A stretch of 64,000 nucleotides of DNA, taken from Burkholderiales bacterium (GTDB taxonomy: Bacteria; Pseudomonadota; Gammaproteobacteria; Burkholderiales; SG8-41). The position numbers and the translations under genes are program-made. The notes beneath the pieces were generated by a model. The model ran no database searches and had not been told where the DNA came from. It worked only from the letters and a program-made list of their open reading frames with translations. Positions 28,267 through 37,594 of the stretch are shown piece by piece. The stretch covers positions 4,726-68,725 of the forward strand of contig JBFWOE010000003.1 of NCBI GenBank assembly GCA_050250695.1, given 5' to 3'. Each line of letters begins with the position of its first letter. The stretch's first letter is position 1.

Positions 28267-28488
28267 TCAGCCGGCTTTCACAAGAAAGCTCCCATCCAGC
28301 TCATCAATCCCCGAGCACCTGATCATCACCATGACGCGGTCGATCTCTTCGCGATAGATTTCAATCCCTCTTGCAGCCCCCGCCTCGCCAGCCACCGCTA
28401 GCCCGTAGAGCGTGGCGCGGCCGATCACCACGGCATTCGCGCCCAGCGCGAGGCCCTTGATCACATTCGAGCCGCGGCGAAAACTGCT
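28267..28488 (-). pseudogene. 3'-terminal remnant of an FMN-dependent alpha-hydroxy-acid dehydrogenase (LldD/glycolate oxidase family) gene
   Basis: The frame reads '(stop)ASSFRRGSNVIKGLALGANAVVIGRATLYGLAVAGEAGAARGIEIYREEIDRVMVMIRCSGIDEL'. This matches only the last 70 aa or so of a family whose members are about 380 aa. An in-frame stop lies immediately upstream and there is no N-terminal part. Confidence 0.75.
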
Positions 28489-28548
28489 CGCTTAAAGTAC
28501 CGGAGTAGAAATTTTTATCGGTAATCGTAGACATCACAAAAATATCAG

Positions 28549-28833
28549 CTACGCAGCCAGCTTCATGACCTTCAACTGCTTGCGCCGCTGCTCGGCGTGC
28601 CAGAGATCGTACTGGGTTTGCTGATTGATCCAGCTCTCGGCTGAGGTTCCAAAAGCGATCGACAGGCGCACAGCCATTTCGGGGCTGATGCCAGCGCGTC
28701 CATTCAGGATCGCAGAAAGCGTTTTGCGACTCACATCGAGCGCCTTTGCGGCATGCGTCACCGTAATATTGAGCGGTTCCAGGCAAAGCGCCTTGATGAT
28801 TTCTCCGGGGTGCGGTGGATTGTGCATGCGCAT
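28549..28833 (-). CDS. higA: HigA-family (XRE HTH) antitoxin, orphan
   Basis: '[72 protein letters not shown]' is the typical HigA/VapI sequence. I trimmed the start to the internal ATG at 28833. Confidence 0.85.
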   Translation of the reverse strand: MRMHNPPHPGEIIKALCLEPLNITVTHAAKALDVSRKTLSAILNGRAGISPEMAVRLSIAFGTSAESWINQQTQYDLWHAEQRRKQLKVMKLAA

Positions 28834-28844
28834 GATGCTGCCTT

Positions 28845-28919
28845 TCAGTGAGAGTCCTCGCGTAGCAGTGTAACCAACGGCGTTACAAGTCGGAGCACAA
28901 AATCTGCAATTTTCCACCA
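28845..28919 (-). pseudogene. possible decayed 3' tail of a higB toxin gene
   Basis: The frame ending in TGA 11 nt upstream of the higA ATG reads '[24 protein letters not shown]'. HigB/killer proteins end in '...W(R/K)(I/V)xFxx...(V/L)x(L/I)xDYH*'. No N-terminal part exists, because AT-only DNA begins at about 28921. Confidence 0.25.
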
Positions 28920-28938
28920 AAAACTATATAAATAATTT

Positions 28939-28957
28939 AATAAAATCAAATACTTAT
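28939..28957. repeat. right copy of the AT-only 19-nt direct repeat (AATAAAATCAAATACTTAT) at the island edge
   Basis: See 25595-25613. It sits in a roughly 45-nt AT-only stretch between the higB-like tail and the TauE stop codon. Confidence 0.8.
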
Positions 28958-28971
28958 TATCATTCTCTGGG

Positions 28972-29724
28972 TCAGCGCAACACCCGCAGGATCAGCGACA
29001 CCCCGATCAGCAGCAGCAGCACCCCGATCACCTTCAATAGCGTCTCGCGCGAGGCTTTCAGCTGGATGCGGTGGCCGGCCCAGATGCCGCCGAGCGCGAA
29101 GGGCATCAGCAGCAGCGCGCCGAGGATGCGGTCCCACAGCATCAGGCCGCCGATAAGGAAGACCAGCGCGCGGATCGAGGTCGACAGCAGCACCATGTTC
29201 GACAGCGTGGCGCGCAGCACCGCCTTGTCGGGCAGGCGGCGCGACAGGTAGATCGCGTAGGGCGGCGCGCCGACGCCGAACAGCGTGCCCGCCGCGCCGC
29301 CGCAGAATCCGGAGATCACCGCCCAGGGATGGCGCGCGATGCCGACCTGGGGCGCCCGCGCCAGCAGCGAGTAGATGCCGTAGACGAAGAGGAAGACGCC
29401 GAAGGCGGCGATGGTCGCCTGCTGCGGGATGGTCACCAGAGCGGTGACGCCGGCCACCGCGCCGGCGAGCGAACACGGCGCCATCCATTTCAGTTCGCCG
29501 CGGTCGGCGTCTTTCGAGAATCGCGAGCCCAGCGCAAAAGCCGCCGAGACGTCGAGGATCACGCACATCGGCAGCACGAAATCGAGCGGGAAAAAAAACG
29601 ACAGCGCCGGCACGGTGAACATCGCCGCGCCGAAGGCGGTGATGCCGAAAATGACATAGGAGCCGGCAACGATGGCGGCACAGGCCGCGTAGGTTGCCAG
29701 GCCGAACGGGATATCAATCAACAA
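28972..29724 (-). CDS. TauE/SafE family sulfite/anion exporter
   Basis: 250 aa and polytopic. Repeated 'GAxxG/GGxxG' helices such as 'CGGAAGTLFGVGAPPYAIYL' fit the family. The start in the ORF track is a TTG. Confidence 0.75.
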   Translation of the reverse strand: MLIDIPFGLATYAACAAIVAGSYVIFGITAFGAAMFTVPALSFFFPLDFVLPMCVILDVSAAFALGSRFSKDADRGELKWMAPCSLAGAVAGVTALVTIPQQATIAAFGVFLFVYGIYSLLARAPQVGIARHPWAVISGFCGGAAGTLFGVGAPPYAIYLSRRLPDKAVLRATLSNMVLLSTSIRALVFLIGGLMLWDRILGALLLMPFALGGIWAGHRIQLKASRETLLKVIGVLLLLIGVSLILRVLR

Positions 29725-29735
29725 TATTCACCAAG

Positions 29736-29763
29736 AAAAACGCCGGCCTTGCGCCGGCGTTTT
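29736..29763 (-). terminator. rho-independent terminator downstream of pilU (symmetric A/T flanks)
   Basis: The sequence is AAAAACGCCGGC-CTTGC-GCCGGCGTTTT. It lies 21 nt after the pilU stop. Confidence 0.7.
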
Positions 29764-29783
29764 GCATGAATACAGCCGCAGCA

Positions 29784-30920
29784 TCAGACGAGATTCAAAT
29801 GTTCGATTCCCGTCATCACGTCCTTGTCCTTGGCGTCCTTGCTGTTCAGCTTGATCATCAGCCGCAGCTCGTTCATCGAGTCGGCGTTGCGCAGCGCGTC
29901 CTCGTAGCTGATCTCGCCGGCTTCGTAGAGGTCGAACAGGTGCTGGTCGAAGGTCTGCATGCCCAGTTCGCGCGATTTGGCCATGATGCCCTTGATCTCG
30001 TGCACCTCGCCCTTGAAGATCATGTCGGAAATCAGCGGCGAATTGAGCAGGATCTCGACCGCGGCGGCGCGGCCCTTGCCGTCCTTTTTCGGGATCAGCC
30101 GCTGCGAGATCAGCGCGCGGATGTTCAGCGACAGGTCCATCAGCAGCTGGTGTTTGCGCTCTTCCGGGAAGAAGTTGATGATGCGGTCCAGCGCCTGGTT
30201 GGCGCTGTTGGCGTGCAACGTGGCCATCGCCAGATGGCCGGTTTCGGCAAAGGCAATGGCGTGATCCATGGTCTCACGGTCGCGGATCTCGCCGATCAGG
30301 ATCACGTCGGGCGCCTGGCGCAGCGTGTTTTTCAGCGCGGCGTGCCAGGAATCGGTATCGACGCCGACTTCACGCTGGGTGACCACGCAGTTCTTGTGAT
30401 CGTGCACGTATTCAATCGGATCCTCGATGGTGATGATGTGGCCGTAGCTGTTTTCGTTGCGGTAGCCCATCATCGCCGCCAGCGACGTCGATTTGCCGGA
30501 ACCCGTGCCGCCAACCATGATCACCAGGCCGCGCTTGGTCATCACCACGTCCTTCAGCACCGGCGGCAGCTTGAGGTCGTCGAACTTCGGAATCGAGGTG
30601 TTGATGGTCCGCAGCACCATGCCGACGCGGCCCTGCTGCATGAAGGCATTGACGCGGAAGCGGCCGATGTCGCCGGGACTGACCGCGAAATTGCATTCCT
30701 TGGTCGCCTCGAATTCACCCGCCTGCTTGTCGTTCATGATGCCGCGCGCGAGCTCGGCGGTGTGCTGCGCCGTCAGCGTCTGCTGCGCTACCGGGGTCAT
30801 CTTGCCGTCGAGCTTGATCGCCGGCGGGAAACCCACCGTGATGAACAGGTCGGAGGCCTTTTTCGCGACCATTGCCCGCAGCAGATCGTGCATGAACTTG
30901 ACTGCCTGTTCTCTTTCCAT
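29784..30920 (-). CDS. pilU: type IV pilus retraction ATPase PilU
   Basis: 378 aa. 'ASDLFITVGFPPAIKLDG' and Walker A 'GGTGSGKSTS' are present, as is 'GHLAMATLHANSANQALDRIINFF'. It is downstream of pilT. Confidence 0.9.
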   Translation of the reverse strand: MEREQAVKFMHDLLRAMVAKKASDLFITVGFPPAIKLDGKMTPVAQQTLTAQHTAELARGIMNDKQAGEFEATKECNFAVSPGDIGRFRVNAFMQQGRVGMVLRTINTSIPKFDDLKLPPVLKDVVMTKRGLVIMVGGTGSGKSTSLAAMMGYRNENSYGHIITIEDPIEYVHDHKNCVVTQREVGVDTDSWHAALKNTLRQAPDVILIGEIRDRETMDHAIAFAETGHLAMATLHANSANQALDRIINFFPEERKHQLLMDLSLNIRALISQRLIPKKDGKGRAAAVEILLNSPLISDMIFKGEVHEIKGIMAKSRELGMQTFDQHLFDLYEAGEISYEDALRNADSMNELRLMIKLNSKDAKDKDVMTGIEHLNLV

Positions 30921-30971
30921 GCCTGGCTCCTTCTTGGATCTTGGATATTGCCTGTTGCCGGTGCCGCAAGC

Positions 30972-32012
30972 CTAGCGGAATGCGTCCTTGTTCATCGCCT
31001 TGCCGCGCGCCTCGTCCACCGACACGATGTTGCGCTTGACCAGGTCCTGCAGGTTCTGGTCCAGCGTCTGCATGCCGAGCTGGGCGCCGGTCTGGATCGC
31101 CGAATACATCTGCGCCACCTTGTTCTCGCGGATCAGGTTGCGGATAGCCGGCGTGCCGACCATGATCTCGTGGGCCGCGGCGCGGCCGCTGCCGTCCTTG
31201 GTTTTCAGCAGCGTCTGTGAAATCACCGCGCGCAGTGATTCGGACAGCATCGCGCGCATCATTTCCTTTTCCTCGGCCGGGAACACGTCGATGATGCGGT
31301 CGATGGTTTTGGCCGCGGAACTGGTGTGCAGCGTTCCGAACACCAGGTGGCCCGTCTCGGCGGCGGTCAGCGCCAGGCGTATGGTTTCCAGGTCGCGCAT
31401 CTCGCCGACGAGGATGATGTCCGGGTCTTCGCGCAGCGCCGAACGCAGCGCATTGGAGAACGACAGCGTGTGCGGGCCGACCTCGCGCTGGTTGATCAGG
31501 CATTTTTTCGATTCGTGGACAAACTCGATCGGGTCTTCGACGGTCAGGATGTGCCCCTGCTCGTTTTCATTGATGTGGTTGACCATCGCCGCCAGCGTGG
31601 TCGACTTGCCCGAACCCGTCGGCCCGGTCACCAGCACCACTCCGCGGGGCTGGTTGGCGATTTCGATGAACACCTTGGGCGCCTTCAGGTCTTCCAAGCT
31701 CAGCACCTTTGAGGGAATGGTACGGAACACGGCGCCGGCGCCGCGCTGCTGAACGAAGGCGTTGACGCGAAAACGCGCGAGGTTCGGGATCGCGAAGGAA
31801 AAGTCGCACTCGAGGTTTTCCTCGTAGAACTTGCGCTGGCCGTCATTCATGATGTCGTACACCATGGCATGGACGTCCTTGTGCTCGAGGGCGGGGAGGT
31901 TGATGCGGCGGATGTCGCCGTGCACGCGGATCATCGGCGGCAGCCCGGAGGACAGGTGCAGGTCGGAAGCCTTGTTCTTGACTACGAAGGCGAGCAGTTC
32001 TGAGATGTCCAT
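30972..32012 (-). CDS. pilT: type IV pilus twitching motility ATPase PilT
   Basis: 346 aa. 'ASDLHLSSGLPPMIRVHGD', 'GPTGSGKSTTLAAM' and 'GHLVFGTLHTSSAAKTIDRIIDVFP' match PilT. Confidence 0.93.
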   Translation of the reverse strand: MDISELLAFVVKNKASDLHLSSGLPPMIRVHGDIRRINLPALEHKDVHAMVYDIMNDGQRKFYEENLECDFSFAIPNLARFRVNAFVQQRGAGAVFRTIPSKVLSLEDLKAPKVFIEIANQPRGVVLVTGPTGSGKSTTLAAMVNHINENEQGHILTVEDPIEFVHESKKCLINQREVGPHTLSFSNALRSALREDPDIILVGEMRDLETIRLALTAAETGHLVFGTLHTSSAAKTIDRIIDVFPAEEKEMMRAMLSESLRAVISQTLLKTKDGSGRAAAHEIMVGTPAIRNLIRENKVAQMYSAIQTGAQLGMQTLDQNLQDLVKRNIVSVDEARGKAMNKDAFR

Positions 32013-32115
32013 TTATTTATAATTCCCTGGGAGGTGGGCGGTAAGATGCTTCATCAGCATGCAACAATGGGGAGATCCATGGGGGTCAACGCCGCCTGCT
32101 GGGCTCGTCGAAATT

Positions 32116-32838
32116 ATGGCCACAATCGCTGATAACTTGCAAGCCGTGCACGCGCGGATTGCGCACGCGGCCGCACTGGCCGGCCGGCCCCCGGAAAACA
32201 TCCGCCTGCTCGCGGTCAGCAAGACCTTCGGCGCCGCGCAGATCAGCGAAGCCTGGCATGCGGGGCAGCGTGCGTTCGGCGAAAATTTCGTGCAGGAAGC
32301 GCTGGACAAGATGCGCGAACTGCCCGGCTTCGCCATCGAATGGCATTTCATCGGGCCGCTCCAGAGCAACAAGACGCGCCAGGTCGCGGAACATTTTTCG
32401 TGGGTGCACAGCATTGAGCGCGAAAAAACCGCGCGCCGCCTGAACGATGCGCGCCCTGCGCAGCTGCCGCCGCTCAACGTGCTGATCCAGGTCAATGTCA
32501 GCGGCGAAGCCAGCAAAAGCGGCGTGGCGCCCGGTGCCGAAGCTGCGCTGGCCGCGGCCATCCGCGCCCTGCCGCGCCTGCGGCTGCGCGGGTTGATGGC
32601 CATACCGGAACCGACACCCGATTCATCAATCTGTCATGAGCGCTTCGCACTGCTGCGCCGGCTGCAGCAGGGCCTGCACGCCGCTGACGGCAACATCGAT
32701 ACCCTGTCCATGGGCATGTCGGATGACCTGGAAGCCGCGATTGCCGAAGGCTCGACGATGGTGCGTGTGGGCACCGCCATTTTCGGCAGGCGGCAGGTCG
32801 CCAAAAGTGAACGGCAAGCAGTCAGCGGCAAGCGGTGA
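32116..32838 (+). CDS. yggS: YggS-family pyridoxal-phosphate homeostasis protein
   Basis: 'LLAVSKTF', 'FGENFVQEA', 'WHFIGPLQSNK' and 'LSMGMSDDLEAAI..GSTMVRVGTAIFG' match YggS. I took the ATG at 32116 as start. Confidence 0.9.
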   Translation: MATIADNLQAVHARIAHAAALAGRPPENIRLLAVSKTFGAAQISEAWHAGQRAFGENFVQEALDKMRELPGFAIEWHFIGPLQSNKTRQVAEHFSWVHSIEREKTARRLNDARPAQLPPLNVLIQVNVSGEASKSGVAPGAEAALAAAIRALPRLRLRGLMAIPEPTPDSSICHERFALLRRLQQGLHAADGNIDTLSMGMSDDLEAAIAEGSTMVRVGTAIFGRRQVAKSERQAVSGKR

Positions 32839-32916
32839 ACCGTATAATGCAGCGATCCCTGCAAGCTCCTTCCGATTACATACTGCTTACCGCTTACTGA
32901 CAGTCCTCCTCAGCAA

Positions 32917-33729
32917 ATGAACATCCTTTTCATCGGCGGCGGCAACATGGCGGCCGCGATCATCGGCGGCCTGATCTCGCGGGATTGGCCGGCGGCGTCG
33001 ATCCACGCCGTCGATGTGCAGGCGGACGCGCGCACCGGCCTGGAGCGCCGCTTCGGCATCGGCACGTCAGACAGGCCGGAACCGGCCATCGCAAAAGCGG
33101 ACTGCATCGTGCTCGCGGTCAAGCCGCAGCAGTTGCGGGAGGTTGCACTGGGCATCGCCGCGGCCGTCAGGGGCCGGCTGGTAATCAGCATAGCCGCGGG
33201 ACTGCGCTGCAGCGACATCTCGCGGTGGCTGGGCGGCTCGCCGCACATCGTGCGCGCCATGCCGAACACGCCGGCGCTCGTCGCCGCCGGCATTACCGGG
33301 CTCTACGCCATGCCGCAGGTCACCGGGGCCCAGCGCGACACCGCCGAAGCCATCCTCGCCGCCGTGGGCGCCACATTCTGGGTGGACGAGGAACGCGATC
33401 TCGATGCCGTCACTGCGGTTTCCGGCAGCGGACCGGCCTACGTGTTCTATTTCATGGAGGCCCTGGAACAGGCCGCCCTTGAACTCGGCCTGCCTCCGCA
33501 GATTGCGCGGCAAAGCGCGCTGGCGACATTCGCCGGCGCGGTAAAACTGGCTGCCAGCGATGACACAGGTCCGGCGACGCTTCGCGAACGCGTGACCTCG
33601 AAAGGCGGCACCACCGAGCGCGCGATCGGCATGCTCGACGAGGCGTGTGTCATGGAGGCGTTCCGGCGCGCGGTGCGCGGCGCGGCGCAACGCGCCGCCG
33701 AACTCGGGGACACCCTGGGCAAGGACTGA
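32917..33729 (+). CDS. proC: pyrroline-5-carboxylate reductase
   Basis: 'ILFIGGGNMAAAIIGGL', 'AVKPQ', 'RAMPNTPA' and 'VTSKGGTTERAI' match ProC. Confidence 0.92.
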   Translation: MNILFIGGGNMAAAIIGGLISRDWPAASIHAVDVQADARTGLERRFGIGTSDRPEPAIAKADCIVLAVKPQQLREVALGIAAAVRGRLVISIAAGLRCSDISRWLGGSPHIVRAMPNTPALVAAGITGLYAMPQVTGAQRDTAEAILAAVGATFWVDEERDLDAVTAVSGSGPAYVFYFMEALEQAALELGLPPQIARQSALATFAGAVKLAASDDTGPATLRERVTSKGGTTERAIGMLDEACVMEAFRRAVRGAAQRAAELGDTLGKD

Positions 33730-33730
33730 A

Positions 33731-34309
33731 ATGCTGGCCAATGCACTGATCTTCATCGCCCAGGTTGCGTTCGGGCTGCTGACGCTGGCACTGCTGCTGC
33801 GCTTCTACATGCAGTGGGTACGCGCGCCGTACCGCAATCCTCTCGCCGATTTCGTCAACGCCCTGACCGATTTCATGGTGCGCCCGGCGCGGCGCTTCAT
33901 CCCCGGCCTGTGGGGACTGGACCTGCCGACGCTGCTGCTGGCCTGGCTGGCGCAACTGCTCGAACTGCTGGTGGTGCTGCAGGTCCGCGGCTTCCGCTAC
34001 GGCGCCGAAGTCGGCATGGCCGGCATCGGCCTCGCCGCACTGGCCGTGCTCGCCGTGCTGAAAATGCTGATCTACATCGTGCTCGTCGCCACGCTGATGC
34101 AGGCGCTGCTGTCCTGGATCAGTCCCGGCAGCCCGGTTGCGCCACTGCTCGACGCCATGACGCGGCCCATGCTGCGCGTGTTCCGCCGCCGCATACCGCC
34201 GGTGGGCAACGTCGACCTGTCGCCGCTATTCGTGCTGGTCGCCTGCCAATTGCTGTTGATGCTGCCGGTGGCCTGGCTGGAATCCGAAGCGCTGCGCCTG
34301 CTGCGCTGA
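33731..34309 (+). CDS. yggT: YggT family membrane protein
   Basis: 'LLRFYMQWVRAPYRNPL', 'RPARRFIP' and '...DLSPLFVLV' match YggT. It has two YGGT repeats and sits in proC-yggT synteny. Confidence 0.85.
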   Translation: MLANALIFIAQVAFGLLTLALLLRFYMQWVRAPYRNPLADFVNALTDFMVRPARRFIPGLWGLDLPTLLLAWLAQLLELLVVLQVRGFRYGAEVGMAGIGLAALAVLAVLKMLIYIVLVATLMQALLSWISPGSPVAPLLDAMTRPMLRVFRRRIPPVGNVDLSPLFVLVACQLLLMLPVAWLESEALRLLR

Positions 34310-34614
34310 TGGCTGCCGCATGGTTCCGCTACCACGCGGACGATGCCTGCCTCACATTGCGCATCCATGCGCAGCCCAATGCAAGATCGACCGGCGCGGC
34401 CGGCCTGCACGGGGATGCGCTGAAAATCCGTGTCGCGGCGCCAGCGGCCGATGACCGCGCCAATACCGCGATGCTGGCCTGGCTGGCCGACGCGCTGGCG
34501 GTTCCGCGCAGCACACTGCGCCTGAAATCCGGAAAAACCGCACGCCGCAAGGTGGTCGAAATCCGCCCGGCCGATGCGCAACTGATCACCCGCGCTGCGG
34601 CGCTCGCGGACTGA
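34309..34614 (+). CDS. DUF167 (YggU) family protein
   Basis: 'LRIHAQPNARSTGAAGLHGDALKIRVAAPAADDRAN' and 'LKSGKTARRKVVEI' match the family. The start overlaps the yggT stop as TGATG. Confidence 0.8.
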   Translation: MAAAWFRYHADDACLTLRIHAQPNARSTGAAGLHGDALKIRVAAPAADDRANTAMLAWLADALAVPRSTLRLKSGKTARRKVVEIRPADAQLITRAAALAD

Positions 34615-34629
34615 ATCCTTGCGAGCCGC

Positions 34630-36102
34630 TTAATCCGTCCGCTGATCCCGGGCATCATCCCCGGAACGGCCGGCGTGCATGCGCCAGCCGCGCACAAGCA
34701 GCGTGACCGCGATCCACACGGCCAGTACGGCCAGCGGCAGCGTCACGGCCAGGGGCAGCGCCAGCGCGAGCAGCGCCAGCACCGCAAAAAAAAGTGCAAC
34801 CGCAAACATCAGGCCGGCTTCGGCAGGGCCCAGCATGCGCCGGTTGGTCAGCGCAGCACCGACGGTGTTGCCGATCCGCAACGCACCCGCCGCGGCGCGC
34901 GCCGCCTTGCCGCCGGACCCTGTGACCCGGGAAGCCGCGCGCGACGGCCGTACGCGCTGCCGCTCGCCCAACACAATCTCCGTGGCATGGCCCAGGTCCT
35001 CCTCGTACATCGCCTGCAGGCTGCGGGCGCAGCCTTCGTCTTCGAGGGCGACGTCGAGTTCATAGTTGACGATCCAGCTGGCCAGGTTGAGATTGGTGGA
35101 TCCCACCCGCGCCCAGCGGCCGTCGGCAACAGCCGTTTTCGCATGCAGCATCGCTCCGTTCCATTCGAAAACACGGACGCCGGCCTCGAGCAGCGGACGA
35201 TAGCCGGCGCGCGACAGGCGGGTGAGAACGGGAACATCGCTGGTACCGGGCACCAGCAGCCGCACATCTACACCGTCATGCGCGGCGGCCCGCAAGGCCT
35301 GCACATAGGGAGAAAATCCGACGAAGTAGGCATCGGTCAGCCACAGCGTGCTGCGTGCCATCGCTGCGATCATCTGGTCAAGGCGGTAGATCCCGGCAAT
35401 GCTGGGCTGGCTGGCCAGCACCCGCAATGCCACATCGCCGGCCGGCGGCACCTCCACCGCCTCGGGCAGGCCGTCATCCGTCCCCGCTGCAGCCCAGGTC
35501 TGTGCAAAAGCCTGTTCGATGTCGGCCACGGCCGGGCCCCTGATCTCGATCCCGGTATCCCGCCACGGTTCGCAACCGGTCCGCGAATCCCCCATCCATT
35601 TGCTGCTGACGCACAACCCGCTGACGAATCCGGTCATGCCGTCCACCGCGATCATTTTCCGGTGATCACGGGTCAGCCAGCCGAAAGGACTGTCGAGCTG
35701 TGGCGGATTGAAGCAGCGGACCCGGCCTCCGGCAGCGATCAGCGGCGCAAGCACGCGGGTCGAGCCCATCGCCAGTCCGCCCATCCAGTCGTAAATCACG
35801 CAGACGGTGACACCGGAGCGCGCTTTTTCTGCCAGCGCCGCGACAAACATGCGGCCGGTGTCATCATCGGCAATGATGTAATTCTCGAACAGCACTGATC
35901 GGCGTGCACCGGCGATGGCCTGCAGCCACGCCGGGAAATTCTCACGGGCATCGCGCAGGATGCGCACCGAGTTGCCGCCGATCAGCGGGGCACCGGCAGC
36001 GCGGGTGAAAACCTGTTCGGCCAGACGCCGCAGACCGGCGCTGTCGCCCCGCGCCGGCCGTCCGGCGGCGGTTTCCCGGGATTGCGGGGGAAGTGGTGCC
36101 AT
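34630..36102 (-). CDS. phospholipase D-family protein (ClsB-like cardiolipin synthase) with C-terminal TM helices
   Basis: Two HKD motifs are present, '[10 protein letters not shown]' and '[21 protein letters not shown]'. The C-terminal tail is hydrophobic. Confidence 0.8.
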   Translation of the reverse strand: MAPLPPQSRETAAGRPARGDSAGLRRLAEQVFTRAAGAPLIGGNSVRILRDARENFPAWLQAIAGARRSVLFENYIIADDDTGRMFVAALAEKARSGVTVCVIYDWMGGLAMGSTRVLAPLIAAGGRVRCFNPPQLDSPFGWLTRDHRKMIAVDGMTGFVSGLCVSSKWMGDSRTGCEPWRDTGIEIRGPAVADIEQAFAQTWAAAGTDDGLPEAVEVPPAGDVALRVLASQPSIAGIYRLDQMIAAMARSTLWLTDAYFVGFSPYVQALRAAAHDGVDVRLLVPGTSDVPVLTRLSRAGYRPLLEAGVRVFEWNGAMLHAKTAVADGRWARVGSTNLNLASWIVNYELDVALEDEGCARSLQAMYEEDLGHATEIVLGERQRVRPSRAASRVTGSGGKAARAAAGALRIGNTVGAALTNRRMLGPAEAGLMFAVALFFAVLALLALALPLAVTLPLAVLAVWIAVTLLVRGWRMHAGRSGDDARDQRTD

Positions 36103-36139
36103 AGGGCGCCTCAGAAAACTTGGCGGGCGGAACGCCCGG

Positions 36140-37594
36140 TCACATCAGCACGATGTCGAACTGCTCCTGATTGTAGGCCGACTCGACCTGCAGTGATATC
36201 GGCTTGCCGATAAAATCCGACAGCATTGCCAGATTGTGGGACTCCTCGTCGAGAAACATGTCGATGACCTGCTGCGAAGCCAGGATGCGGAACTCGCGCG
36301 CATCGAACTGGCGGGCCTCGCGCACCAGCTCGCGCAGCACTTCGTAACACACCGTCTGCGCGGTTTTCAGTTCGCCGCGTCCGCTGCACACGGGGCAGGG
36401 CTCGCACAGGACATGGGCCAGGCTTTCGCGGGTGCGCTTGCGCGTCATCTCGACCAGCCCGAGCTGCGTGAACCCGTTGACCGTCATGCGGGTACGGTCG
36501 CGTGCCAGCGCCTTGCGGAACTCGTTGAGCACCGCGTTGCGGTGTTCCTCGGTATCCATGTCAATGAAATCGATGATGATGATGCCGCCGAGGTTGCGCA
36601 GCCGCAACTGCCGGGCAATGACCTGCGCCGCCTCGAGGTTGGTCTTGAAAATGGTGTCGTCGAAGGTGCGCCCGCCGACAAAACCGCCGGTGTTCACGTC
36701 CACCGTCGTCAGGGCCTCGGTCTGGTCGATGATCAGGTAGCCGCCGGACTTGAGGTCCACCCTGCGCGCCAGCGCACGCTCGATGTCGTCCTCGACGTTG
36801 TGCAGGTCGAACAGTGGCCGCTCCCCGGTGTAATGCGTCAGCCGCGACAGCGCGTTGGGCACGAACTGCCCGGCAAACTGGCACATCGCCTGGTGGGTTT
36901 CGCGTGAATCGACGTGGATGCGCCCGGTATCCTCGTGCGCGAAATCGCGCAGCACGCGCAGGCTCAGGTTGAGGTCCTGGTAGAGCAGCGCCAGCGCCGG
37001 CGCGCTGCGGGCCTGTTCCTGGATGTCGTGCCAGAGCTTGCGCAGGTATTCGACGTCCTGCACGAGTTCGCGGTCCGAGGCCGCCTCTGCCATGGTGCGG
37101 ATGATGAATCCGCCCTTTTCTTCGGCGGGCAGAAGTTGCTGCAGTTTCTCGCGCAGGTGCACGCGCTCCTCTTCATCCTCAATGCGCTGCGAGATCCCGA
37201 TATGCGATTCCTGCGGCAGGTAAACCAGCAGCCTGCCGGCTATGCTGATCTGGGTCGACAGCCGCGCGCCCTTGGTGCCAATCGGATCCTTGATGACCTG
37301 CACCATCAGGTTCTGTCCTTCGCCGAGCAGTTTTTCGATCGGCATGCCGGATTCACCGTTGACCCGGTTGCCCCAGATGTCCGCCACGTGCAGAAAGGCG
37401 GCGCGTTCGCCGCCGATGTCGACAAAGGCGGATTGCATTCCCGGCAGTACTCGGACCACGCGGCCCATGTAGATGTTGCCGACAAAACCGCGCGACGACG
37501 CGCGCTCTATATGCAGTTCCTGCGTCACGCCGTGTTCTATGACAGCAACGCGGGTTTCCTGGGGTGTTACGTTGATCAGGATCTCTTCGCTCAT
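36140..37594 (-). CDS. rng: ribonuclease G
   Basis: 484 aa. '[23 protein letters not shown]' is the S1 domain. '[16 protein letters not shown]' and the maf-rng synteny also fit. Confidence 0.9.
   Translation of the reverse strand: MSEEILINVTPQETRVAVIEHGVTQELHIERASSRGFVGNIYMGRVVRVLPGMQSAFVDIGGERAAFLHVADIWGNRVNGESGMPIEKLLGEGQNLMVQVIKDPIGTKGARLSTQISIAGRLLVYLPQESHIGISQRIEDEEERVHLREKLQQLLPAEEKGGFIIRTMAEAASDRELVQDVEYLRKLWHDIQEQARSAPALALLYQDLNLSLRVLRDFAHEDTGRIHVDSRETHQAMCQFAGQFVPNALSRLTHYTGERPLFDLHNVEDDIERALARRVDLKSGGYLIIDQTEALTTVDVNTGGFVGGRTFDDTIFKTNLEAAQVIARQLRLRNLGGIIIIDFIDMDTEEHRNAVLNEFRKALARDRTRMTVNGFTQLGLVEMTRKRTRESLAHVLCEPCPVCSGRGELKTAQTVCYEVLRELVREARQFDAREFRILASQQVIDMFLDEESHNLAMLSDFIGKPISLQVESAYNQEQFDIVLM

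Noticed and set aside
26460-28401. Several 60-95-aa plus-strand ORFs inside the island (26460-26744, 27062-27343, 27365-27556, 27974-28159, 28160-28357, 28204-28401)
   Set aside because: All are antisense to the longer, overlapping-coupled minus-strand genes A-C or to the remnant, and none has an RBS or motif support.
28361-28786. 141-aa minus-strand ORF spanning the dehydrogenase remnant, the junction and higA
   Set aside because: It is out of frame with both recognisable coding segments and crosses a compositional breakpoint.
29694-31220. 508-aa plus-strand ORF
   Set aside because: It is antisense to pilU and pilT and has shadow-ORF composition (runs of R, A, G, D, H, V).
34675-35898. 407-aa plus-strand ORF
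   Set aside because: It is antisense to the PLD-family gene, which has two clean HKD motifs.
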